Part shown: piece after piece, positions 1 through 7,599 of the stretch
How positions within the stretch are numbered: the stretch's first letter is position 1
How the letters are laid out: every line of letters begins with the position of its first letter
Origin: Alphaproteobacteria bacterium
Lineage (GTDB): Bacteria; Pseudomonadota; Alphaproteobacteria; SP197
Direction of reading: 5' to 3'
NCBI GenBank assembly: GCA_965207785.1
Contig: CBDBNO010000012.1
Coordinates: 187,808 to 251,807, forward strand
Length of the DNA: 64,000 nt
Notes under the pieces: generated by a model
Databases searched by the model: none
Seen by the model: only the letters and a program-made list of their open reading frames with translations
Told to the model about the DNA's origin: nothing
Translations under genes and position numbers: made by a program

Positions 1-85
1 ACGGTGGTCTTCGGTGCCGGGGGACATGGCCACATCTTCCCGTGTTGGTCCGTGGAAGCTGCGACCTTCGACGGTCCCGAGCCTC

Positions 86-733
86 TCACATAGTGCCGTC
101 GCGTGTTGGCGGCCCCGTCGTGCTCCGGGGACCCCGCGGGTGAACGGCGAATCCAACGGGACAGGGAAGATGGACAAGGTGGTCGCAGCCCAGCTCCCGC
201 ACGCACACAAGCGCCTCGCCGCACGCCAGGTGGCTGCGCAAACCGATCAGGCCCAGACACGTCGTGTCCAGCAGCACCGGGAACAGTCCGGCCAGGATCC
301 GCAGGCTCTGATGAACGCCGACAACCCGGCGGCGCAGCGACCGCCGCGCACTCGTCAGGTCAATCGCCTCGGGATAAAGCACTCGCACGCCCGCCCACAG
401 GCTGCCCGCTTCCTCGACCGCCACAACCTGCGCCTCGCACGAGGCAAGCGTCCCCGCAAGACGCGCCTGAAGACAGCCCGGCAGGGCGCTGAATGACCGG
501 TGGCAGGGGCGGCAATACCAACGCGCCACGCGCATGCCTCGCGGCGTCTTGCGCCCGTAGGTCCCGTTGCGCGTCATCCCGCAGGCCGTCACCGCCAGAC
601 CCCGGCAGCACACAGGAGGGGTTGCGGTGCGCCATGCCTCCTGCGCAACATAGTCCTCGGCGGACAACGTCGTCTCATCCAGATGCTGCAAACCTCCGCC
701 CGTGGCCCGGCGAGCGACAGTCGCGCGGGCCAC
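86..733 (-). other. Long minus-strand ORF of doubtful coding status; possible decayed transposase zinc-ribbon remnant
   Basis: The translation contains WYCRPCHRSFS and an upstream PPVCC motif, which resembles the N-terminal zinc ribbon of IS1595/ISXO2-type transposases. The rest is low-complexity. Three overlapping high-GC frames are open here. Confidence 0.15.
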
Positions 734-913
734 ACTCCTTCATGGACCCGCACCATGGTGCAGCAGAACCGACAGGCGGCCTATGCGGTCACCCGAAAAA
801 CACCCTGCTTGGAAAAGAAGAAGAGACCCTGGAGGCATCCGCACTCTCCCGGTCTCTCCGGGGAATCAGCACGGATCAATGTGGGAAAAGGCGGCCTCGG
901 CCGACCGGAACAA

Positions 914-1193
914 TCAGGGGTTCAACACGCGCGCGGCGAACAGCCACCCGCACAGACACCCCGCCAGCAGGAGCACGGCCGAAGCGAGGGTCGAGTCGGC
1001 GGCTCCCGCACCCGAGATCGCGAGAATGGCGCCGGCGACGAACATCAGGCGCGCAACGGGGAGCCGCCTTGCCTCCAGGGGCGCATTGGACCTTGCGCGG
1101 GCGAGCATCGGATACAGCAGTACCGCCAGCACCACTGCCTGCAAGGCGAACGACCAGAAGGCGAAGCGCCACAGGCCAGCGGTCGCGAACGCG
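914..1193 (-). pseudogene. MFS-type transporter gene, distal fragment (TM6 to about TM8), cut off from its 5' part by the IS
   Basis: The minus-frame translation ...AFATAGLWRFAFWSFALQAVVLAVLLY...AGAILAISGAGA... is made of TM-like helices. It continues in frame from the 4486..5000 fragment once the IS and one TSD copy are removed. The frame stops at 914 after about 270 residues, which is short for an MFS protein. Confidence 0.6.
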
Positions 1194-1262
1194 TGCAATA
1201 TTCCTGCACACTTGACGGTGATTCCTGGAACACTTGACGGCGAATCCTGCCGCACTTGACGG
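1194..1262. repeat. IS right-end (istB-distal) terminal repeat array, 3 copies of CACTTGACGG
   Basis: CACTTGACGG occurs at 1208-1217, 1231-1240 and 1253-1262, spaced about 22 bp apart. Multiple terminal repeats are typical of the IS21 family. Confidence 0.85.
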
Positions 1263-1597
1263 CTGAGGTGGCGCCATCTTCGTTCCCTTGTGCGCGTCTT
1301 GGGAGACCTCCCTGTTGGTTGGTTGGGTTGCTGGCCGGAGGCCAGCCGGGTGCGAGCGTATGCGAGCCATTTCTTCCATTCAACAGCCGGCGAACGCGGC
1401 GGCTGGCCCTTTCCTGAGGCATGGCCGCCGCGCGTTCCGGTCCTGGGAACGGCGCCCAGGCGCCGCAGGCGCCCATGGACCCGGCCGCCAGGCCGGGCTC
1501 GCTTGAGGGACCGTTGTCGGGAGGCGGCAACGCGAGAAGGCCGACCTGATGGTGCCGGGTGCCGGTGACGTTACCGCCCTCAACGGAGTTCTGCGGG

Positions 1598-1888
1598 TCA
1601 TGTGTCACGCCCGTAACCGAGCGGCGGATCGAGGTCCTCGAGGGTCTCGATGTCGGCCTCGGCCATGGCCTGCAGGCGCTCCCCGTAAGGGGTGTCGTGG
1701 AGCGTATCGGGAAGGGCGTCGAGGCAGCGGCGCCAGTGCTCCTGCAGGGCGATGAGTTCGGCCAGAGCATCGCGCCAGCGTTGCGCGCGCGAGCGCCGGT
1801 CCCGGGGCTTTCGGGTGATGACGGGACGGTGCCCGGCCTTGAGCCGTTCGCGGTATCGGCGCTGCTTCTCGGCGGGGGTCAGGGCCAT
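1598..1888 (-). CDS. Passenger ORF inside the IS, 96 aa, basic N-terminus and acidic C-terminus, unknown function
   Basis: The ATG lies 13 nt after the istB TGA, with a GGGGAG ribosome-binding site 7 nt upstream. Translation: MALTPAEKQRRYRERLKAGHRPVITRKPRDRRSRAQRWRDALAELIALQEHWRRCLDALPDTLHDTPYGERLQAMAEADIETLEDLDPPLGYGRDT. Confidence 0.55.
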   Translation of the reverse strand: MALTPAEKQRRYRERLKAGHRPVITRKPRDRRSRAQRWRDALAELIALQEHWRRCLDALPDTLHDTPYGERLQAMAEADIETLEDLDPPLGYGRDT

Positions 1889-1901
1889 GGCGGATCTCCC
1901 C

Positions 1902-2654
1902 TCATGCACCGCCCAGGGGCGGCGGCCGGTTGCGCTTGCGCTGGGATTCGCCGGTGATCTCGATGCGGTAGGCATTGTGGACGATGCGATCGAGGATGGC
2001 GTCGGCGATGGTGGGTTCGGCGATCACCCTGGGCCAGTGCTCCACGGGGATCTGACTGGCGATCAGCAGCGAGGCCCGGGCGTGGCGCTGCTCGACGATC
2101 TCGAGCAGGTCGCGGCGGCTCTCGGCGGAGAAGTTCTGCAGACCCCAGTCGTCGAGCAGCAGCAGCGAGACCCTGGCGAGCCGCCGCATGAGCCGGTAGT
2201 GCGTTCCCCTGTCGCGGGCGCGGGCGAGTTCGGAGACGAGTTCGGGCACGCGCCGGTAGAGCACGGATACCTTCTGGCGGCAGGCCTGATGAGCGAGGGC
2301 ACAGGCCAGGAAGGTCTTTCCGGATCCTGTTGGTCCGACGATGATCAGGTTGAAGGCCTGGCGGATCCAGTCGCCGGCGGCGAGTTCGGTCAGCGTGGTG
2401 CGCGTGATGCCGCGGCCGGCACGGCAGTCGACATCCTGGAGATCGGCGCGGATGCGCAGCTGGGCCTGGCGGAGGTGGCCGAGGTAGCTCTTGTGATCGC
2501 GGTACTGGACCTCGCGTTCGATCATCATGGCGAGGCGGTCGTCGAAGTCGAACTGATCGATGTCGGCGATGTCGCGCTGTTCCTCGAGGGCCTCGACCAT
2601 GCCGACGAAGCCGAGTTGCAGCAGGCGTTCGACATTGGGTTGACGCAGCGTCAT
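1902..2654 (-). CDS. istB: IS21-family helper ATPase IstB
   Basis: 250 aa with Walker A IIVGPTGSGKTFLACALA and Walker B LLLLDDWG. It overlaps the istA stop by 4 nt. Confidence 0.95.
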   Translation of the reverse strand: MTLRQPNVERLLQLGFVGMVEALEEQRDIADIDQFDFDDRLAMMIEREVQYRDHKSYLGHLRQAQLRIRADLQDVDCRAGRGITRTTLTELAAGDWIRQAFNLIIVGPTGSGKTFLACALAHQACRQKVSVLYRRVPELVSELARARDRGTHYRLMRRLARVSLLLLDDWGLQNFSAESRRDLLEIVEQRHARASLLIASQIPVEHWPRVIAEPTIADAILDRIVHNAYRIEITGESQRKRNRPPPLGGA

Positions 2655-4246
2655 GGGGTGTCTCCCTGGTTGTTGTCACGGTAGTAGTCCCCGCCCCTGA
2701 TGTTGCTGTGACGGGGGATGGTCTCGCGGACTTCCGGGCGTGGCGCCGGCGTCGGGATGCCGTTCCTGAGGCGCTCCCGGAGGAAGCCCGAGGCGAGGCG
2801 GTTGAGGTCGAGAGCCTCGCCACAGAGCGCCTCGAGGCGATCGGCGCCGTGGCCGTCGGCGAGACGGATCATGCCCTGCACGGTGGCGAAGGCCTGTTCG
2901 GGGAAGTCGCGGGAAGCGAAGCAGCGCTCGGCCCAGGCGAGGGCATGAGGTCCGATGCGCCGGGCCTGGGAGAGCAGGATGTTGCCCCAGTCGGGCTTGC
3001 GGATGTCGCGCACCGCCCGGAGGCGGTCGGGCATGTGTTCGGGGCTTGTGGCGTACTGGTTGGTGCCGCTCTTGAGACGGTGCACGGCGATGCGTTCGCC
3101 CTCCCTGGCGACGAAGATCTCGACCATGCGTTCGCCGACGCGGACGTCGACTTCGGCGCCGATATGGCGTTCGGGCGCGGAGTAGTGGTTGCTCTGGATT
3201 CGGACATGGCTGTTGGGTCCGACCTTGCGTTCGATCCATTCGCCCCATTCCCAGGGGTCCCGGGGCAGGGGCTTGAGAGCGGCCCGCTCGCTGGCCTCGA
3301 AGAGGTCGCGCCGGGTCGCGCCGCATGCCATCGGCGCCTCGTTCAGCTGTTCGAGCTGGCGCCGGATCGCGGCGTTCATGGCGTCCAGAGAGAAGAAGGT
3401 CTGATGACGCAGCGCGAGCAGGATACGCGTCTGGACGACACCGACGGCGGCCTCGACGGGGCCCTTGTCGGTGGATCGCCCCTTGCGTGCCGGAAGCACG
3501 GCGAGATCGTAGTGTTTGGCGAACTCGCGGAAGCTGGGGTTGAGCTGGGGATCCTCGCGGTCCGCCCTGGTGACGCCGGCCTTGAGGTTGTCGATGACCC
3601 AGCGCTCGGGACAGCCGCCGAACGCCTCCAGCGCCCGGCGGTGGGCCATCGTCCAGTATCGCACGCTCTGGTCGGGCACCGCCTCGGCGTGGATCAAGTT
3701 CGAATGCGCCAGCACGGCCACGAAGATCTCCACATCCTCATCGCCGCGGCCGCTCCTGAGGCTCAGGGTCTTGCCCGAGAAGTCGGACATGCCATAGAGG
3801 CCCGGCGCGTAGTCGAAGCGCGCCTGCGCCTGCCCGGGCCGTTCCTGCCGGCGCTTCTTGAGGAGCCCGCAGAAGCGGCTGTAGGTGTAGGCCCTGCCTC
3901 CTTGAGCCAGGGCCTCGTCGCGGTACTCGGACCACAGCTGACGACGCGTCAGGCGGGCGCGGCGGCGATCGCGCGGCGCCTCGAGTTCCTCGATGATCGC
4001 CTCCCAGTCGGGCTGCACCCGGTCGCTGTCGCGATCCGCCGCCGGATAAAGCCGGGCCCGCAGTGTGCCGTCGTCGAGATCCTCTGGCAGCGGCCAGGAA
4101 AGGCCTGCCGCCTCGCTGCGGGCCAGCACGTGCGAGACGGTTCCCGTGCTCACCCCGACCGCCACGGCGATCTCGTCCCGCGACAGGGCGTGATCGTGAC
4201 GGTGCCGAAGAATGTCCTTGATGTTCATCATGCCGATTCTCTTCAT
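2651..4246 (-). CDS. istA: IS21-family transposase IstA
   Basis: About 530 aa. It has an N-terminal HTH (ISRDEIAVAVGVSTGTVSHVL) and the DDE integrase core (DFSGKT...VLAHSNLIHAE...). The start is taken at MKRIGMMNIKDIL. Confidence 0.9.
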   Translation of the reverse strand: MKRIGMMNIKDILRHRHDHALSRDEIAVAVGVSTGTVSHVLARSEAAGLSWPLPEDLDDGTLRARLYPAADRDSDRVQPDWEAIIEELEAPRDRRRARLTRRQLWSEYRDEALAQGGRAYTYSRFCGLLKKRRQERPGQAQARFDYAPGLYGMSDFSGKTLSLRSGRGDEDVEIFVAVLAHSNLIHAEAVPDQSVRYWTMAHRRALEAFGGCPERWVIDNLKAGVTRADREDPQLNPSFREFAKHYDLAVLPARKGRSTDKGPVEAAVGVVQTRILLALRHQTFFSLDAMNAAIRRQLEQLNEAPMACGATRRDLFEASERAALKPLPRDPWEWGEWIERKVGPNSHVRIQSNHYSAPERHIGAEVDVRVGERMVEIFVAREGERIAVHRLKSGTNQYATSPEHMPDRLRAVRDIRKPDWGNILLSQARRIGPHALAWAERCFASRDFPEQAFATVQGMIRLADGHGADRLEALCGEALDLNRLASGFLRERLRNGIPTPAPRPEVRETIPRHSNIRGGDYYRDNNQGDTP

Positions 4247-4374
4247 CGCGCTCTTGCCTTCCGGTTCGATACGCGAACCGGTCTGACAGGGATGGAAGAG
4301 ACAGGGCACCTCGGAGATCCCGCTGGCCGCCTCGCCACGCCGCTCGGCAGGGCAGGGTCAGGCTCGGACCAGGA

Positions 4375-4485
4375 CCGTCAAATGCTCAGGATTCGCCGTC
4401 AAGTGTCCAGGAATCACCGTCAAGTGTTCCAGGAATCGCCGTCAAATGTCGTAGGAATCGCCGTCAAATGCGCCAGGATTTTGCA
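4375..4485. repeat. IS left-end (istA-proximal) terminal repeat array, 5 copies of CCGTCAA[A/G]TG
   Basis: Copies sit at 4375, 4396, 4417, 4439 and 4461, at 21-22 bp spacing. They are the reverse complement of the 1208..1262 array. Confidence 0.85.
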
Positions 4486-5000
4486 AACGCGCCACCGATG
4501 AGCGGTCCACTGAGCGCGGAGGCCGTCCATGTCAGTGAAAGACATGCAACAACTCTGGGTACGAGTCGATCCGGGAAGAAGCGGTTCTGGGCGATGAAGA
4601 CCAGGGCGACCAACGCTCCGCCGCCGAGTCCCTGCACCGTGCGGCCTGCAAGCAGGACCGGCATCGCCGGCGCCGCCGCGCACGCGATGCATCCGAACGT
4701 GTAAAGCAGCGTCGAAGCCAGCATGGCACGGCGCAGCCCGGCCCGCGCCACGAAGGCGCTCGCCGCCGCTGCGGCCATGACCGAGCCCATCAGGTAAAGG
4801 GCAAATGCCCAGCTGATGAGGCGCAGACCGCCGATATCTCCGATCGCCTCCGGGAGGGTCGTCGCTGCCAGCAACGTGTTGGCCGCATGCAACCAGATCG
4901 CCAGGCACATCACGAGCAGCAGGGGCAGGTGCCGGCGCGCCACCACCTCGCGCCAGCTGACGGACTGCGGATCCGGACCCGGCCGCGCGTTCTCCTGCAT
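4486..5000 (-). pseudogene. MFS-type transporter gene, 5' fragment (TM1-TM5), interrupted by the IS21-family element
   Basis: Translation MQENARPGP...LLLVMCLAIWLHAANTLL... shows MFS motif A-like VARAGLRRAML and TM4 motif RTVQGLGGGAL. It is transcribed divergently from soxR. Confidence 0.7.
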
Positions 5001-5041
5001 GGCGATTCTCCCGTTGCGATGCGCCTGAAGGTGATGCTAGA

Positions 5042-5061
5042 ACTTCAAGTAAACTTGAAGT
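5042..5061. promoter_or_regulatory. SoxR box (8-4-8 palindrome ACTTCAAG-TAAA-CTTGAAGT) in the soxR/transporter divergent promoter
   Basis: This is a perfect inverted repeat in the 68-bp intergenic region. It resembles the canonical CCTCAAG-TTAA-CTTGAGG soxbox. Confidence 0.75.
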
Positions 5062-5068
5062 CAAGCCC

Positions 5069-5551
5069 ATGCAGACCACGCGTTGGCAGAAAACCAGCCT
5101 CTCGATCGGCGACGTCGCCCGACGCACGGGACTCGCCACGTCGGCGCTCCGCTTCTACGAGGAAATGGCGCTGATCGAGTCGCTGCGCACGCCGGGCAAT
5201 CAGAGGCGCTATGCGCGTGACGTGATTCGACGGGTTTCGTTCATCCGTGCCGCGCAACGGGTGGGCCTGACACTCGAGGAGGTGCGCGCAATGCTCGACG
5301 ACCTGCCCGCGGGCCGGTCCCCGACCCGCCGGGACTGGCAGGAGCTTGCAAGACGCTGGAAACCATGGCTCGACGAACGGATCGCCGCCCTCGAACGCTT
5401 GCGGGACCAGCTTTCGTCATGCATCGGTTGCGGCTGCCTGTCGCTCGACAGCTGTGCTCTCTACAACCGCGGTGATGCCGCCGGCCGCCTGGGCCCCGGT
5501 CCGCGTTACCTTCTGGGCGATTCTCCTGAGGATCTCCAGACCCGGAATTGA
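5069..5551 (+). CDS. soxR: Redox-sensitive MerR-family transcriptional activator SoxR
   Basis: It has a MerR HTH (IGDVARRTGLATSALRFYEE) and the C-terminal [2Fe-2S] cysteine motif CIGCGCLSLDSCALYN. Confidence 0.9.
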   Translation: MQTTRWQKTSLSIGDVARRTGLATSALRFYEEMALIESLRTPGNQRRYARDVIRRVSFIRAAQRVGLTLEEVRAMLDDLPAGRSPTRRDWQELARRWKPWLDERIAALERLRDQLSSCIGCGCLSLDSCALYNRGDAAGRLGPGPRYLLGDSPEDLQTRN

Positions 5552-5618
5552 GCGAAAAGTGCATGGTGGAGCCCGCGCCCTCACGGACGACTGTCGCTCT
5601 CATCCTGGTGAGACCGGC

Positions 5619-6008
5619 TCAGGGGTCGGGCGGAAGGAACGAGCTTTCGTCGCGCAGCGAACAGCGGTTTCCGTCCGGGTCGACGAAGTCGCCGACGGTT
5701 CCCCAGGTCTCCCGTCTGACGACGACGCGCACGCCGCGCGCCTCCAAAAGACGGGCGGCAGCATCGACATCGGCAACGTTGAACCTCAGCTTGACCGGGC
5801 TTTGCTCGATGGATCGCCCGCCCGGCATCGCCGTTCCGCCGGTTTCGACCATCAGGTAACTCCCGCCCATGTCCAGGCAGGTCAGCGTGGAATGCTCGTC
5901 ATCGAGCGAGAACATCTCCGGCAGTCCCAGAATCCGGCGGTAGAAGTCGACACACTCTTCGTACTGCTCGGTGAACACGATGACGCCGCTTCGCTTCAGG
6001 TCCATCAT
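5619..6008 (-). CDS. VOC-family protein (glyoxalase / bleomycin-resistance-like), 129 aa
   Basis: The single-domain VOC pattern (...CVDFYRRILGLPE...LRFNVADVDAAARLLEARGVRVV...GDFVDPDGNR...) is present. It lies in the lower-GC islet. Confidence 0.7.
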   Translation of the reverse strand: MMDLKRSGVIVFTEQYEECVDFYRRILGLPEMFSLDDEHSTLTCLDMGGSYLMVETGGTAMPGGRSIEQSPVKLRFNVADVDAAARLLEARGVRVVVRRETWGTVGDFVDPDGNRCSLRDESSFLPPDP

Positions 6009-6234
6009 GGACTTCTCCCTGTCCCCGCCTCCGCCACTCGCCCCTGATTCGTCCGGACGCGGTTGACGCCTCCTGCGTCCCTCAGACGCTCAAGGATCCT
6101 CATCTGCCATCACTGATCCACGACCGCGCCGTTCTGCCGCTGCCGTATGCGAGACTGGCATTCCCCGGCAGACACGGCCCAATTCGCCTCGGGGCGAAAC
6201 CAACTGCGTTTCACCGAAATGAGAAGTGAACGAC

Positions 6235-6636
6235 TCAAGATGGCCGATGGGATGCGGCGCGCCGGACGCGAAAGATCGAATGGGCAGTAGCGGTCCGTAG
6301 CGTGGATACACGTACCCGGCGATCTCGGTGGTGGAAAGTGAAGTCGTCGATGCATGCATGCGAAATGAATCCGCCGTCAATGTCCCCCGCCGTGCCGTCC
6401 CGCATCGCCTGGGACAGGAAACGGGCGATGCGCTGCGTAAGGCTTTGGTTGGTTCCGGTTCCCTCGCCGCCCAAAGGAAGTGTGCGGACAAGATTGTGAT
6501 TCGGATACTCCTCGGCAAAGCGTATGGCGATCTGATACGCAGACATGAACGGGCGGTCGAGAGGGTGATCGGCTTCGTACTCTGGACAGCTCGCCAGAAT
6601 CCGGCGCAGATGATCAATATTGAAGTCGCGTCTCAT
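6235..6636 (-). CDS. Hypothetical protein, about 105-133 aa, no recognisable family
   Basis: The ORF is MRRDFNIDHLRRILASCPEYEADHPLDRPFMSAYQIAIRFAEEYPNHNLVRTLPLGGEGTGTNQSLTQRIARFLSQAMRDGTAGDIDGGFISHACIDDFTFHH... The C-terminal roughly 30 codons are Arg-rich and may not be real. A competing frame (6090..6617) overlaps it. Confidence 0.4.
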   Translation of the reverse strand: MRRDFNIDHLRRILASCPEYEADHPLDRPFMSAYQIAIRFAEEYPNHNLVRTLPLGGEGTGTNQSLTQRIARFLSQAMRDGTAGDIDGGFISHACIDDFTFHHRDRRVRVSTLRTATAHSIFRVRRAASHRPS

Positions 6637-6698
6637 TGGGAGTCAGTCAAGGTTCCTGCGAGGGAGACGCAGTCTACCCGAACGTGTTCTTGAACCGA

Positions 6699-7451
6699 TC
6701 AACGAATAGCGTTCCGGCGACGAGAGCGCTTGCGGAATCTGCACTCCTCGCGGAGAAAGCACCTTCGGCAGTTCGGCTTCGTCTTCTTACAGGTGGACTT
6801 TCCCAAGCGAAAGAGCTGGGCGTCGAGCTTCCATGACCCCTGAGGCATCATCTCCCTTGCGATGTCGAGAGCGGCCTCTGCGGTGACCATGTTGCCGGTG
6901 AAGACGCGGCCCAACACTCTTCGCACATGGATGTCCGCCTTGAGTTCACCGACCCCTTCAATCTGCTTGGTGTCATAGAGTATCCCGGCGGTCATCCGGG
7001 AAATCTGCGGTCCTACCCCCATCCGTTCGAGTCGCTTCTGAGTCACGCACGAGGATTGGTTCGTCCAGATGTTGCGAGCATCACCGCCATATCGCTCTAC
7101 GATTTCCCTGCCGATTCTCTGGACGCGGGCATGTGCAGCAGGGAACCGGTGGAGGTTGTGGCGACGACGTACCGTCAGGGTGTTCCACCTGCGAATTCCA
7201 ACGATCTCATCCCACAGATCACGCGGATCACCAAGATCGTCCTCGGCAAAACGACGGGCATTTTCCCAAACCAGGCCGACCCTCATCTGATAGTCGAGGA
7301 TGCACCCGAGCAAGAACTTGTTGGCTGACCGCTTGTCCGCCCGGCGGCCATTCAGACGGGAGAGGAAACCTGTGTGCATGGGGGGCTGCCTGCGACGCTC
7401 TTTGCGAATCAGCTTGCGAACGCGCTTGCACTTGGGGCTGCTTGGTTTCAT
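6699..7451 (-). CDS. Endonuclease III-like HhH-GPD DNA glycosylase with a [4Fe-4S] cluster loop and a Lys/Arg-rich N-terminal tail
   Basis: The Fe-S cluster loop CKKTKPNCRRCFLREEC has C-x6-C-x2-C-x5-C spacing. The HhH region reads GVGPQISRMTAGIL, and the catalytic Asp is kept in ADIHVRRV. The N-terminal tail is MKPSSPKCKRVRKLIRKERRRQ. The start has a GAAGGAAG ribosome-binding site. Confidence 0.75.
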   Translation of the reverse strand: MKPSSPKCKRVRKLIRKERRRQPPMHTGFLSRLNGRRADKRSANKFLLGCILDYQMRVGLVWENARRFAEDDLGDPRDLWDEIVGIRRWNTLTVRRRHNLHRFPAAHARVQRIGREIVERYGGDARNIWTNQSSCVTQKRLERMGVGPQISRMTAGILYDTKQIEGVGELKADIHVRRVLGRVFTGNMVTAEAALDIAREMMPQGSWKLDAQLFRLGKSTCKKTKPNCRRCFLREECRFRKRSRRRNAIR

Positions 7452-7599
7452 GGTCACTTCCTTCAGTGTGGGCTGCGTGGCACTGCGACCCAAGATGCTG
7501 AGATCCTGGATGACTCACTGTGTAGAAATCTGGATATGGTAGGACGGGGGCGTTCGGGCATGCCAATTCGTCTGGGGGCTGGACGAGGCGTCCCTTCGC

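Larger units (their letters stand above)
1194..4485 (-). mobile_element. IS21-family insertion sequence (istA-istB plus a passenger ORF), 3292 bp, flanked by a 6-bp direct repeat AACGCG
   Basis: IstA (HTH + DDE) and IstB (Walker A GPTGSGKT) translations are present. The imperfect terminal inverted repeats are TGCAATATTCCTGCACACTTGACGG (1194..1218) and the reverse complement of 4461..4485 (TGCAAAATCCTGGCGCATTTGACGG). AACGCG occurs at 1188..1193 and at 4486..4491. Confidence 0.9.

Noticed and set aside
2708-4501. A 597-aa plus-strand ORF across the IS
   Set aside because: It is antisense to istA. The real coding frame is the minus-strand IstA with its HTH and DDE motifs.
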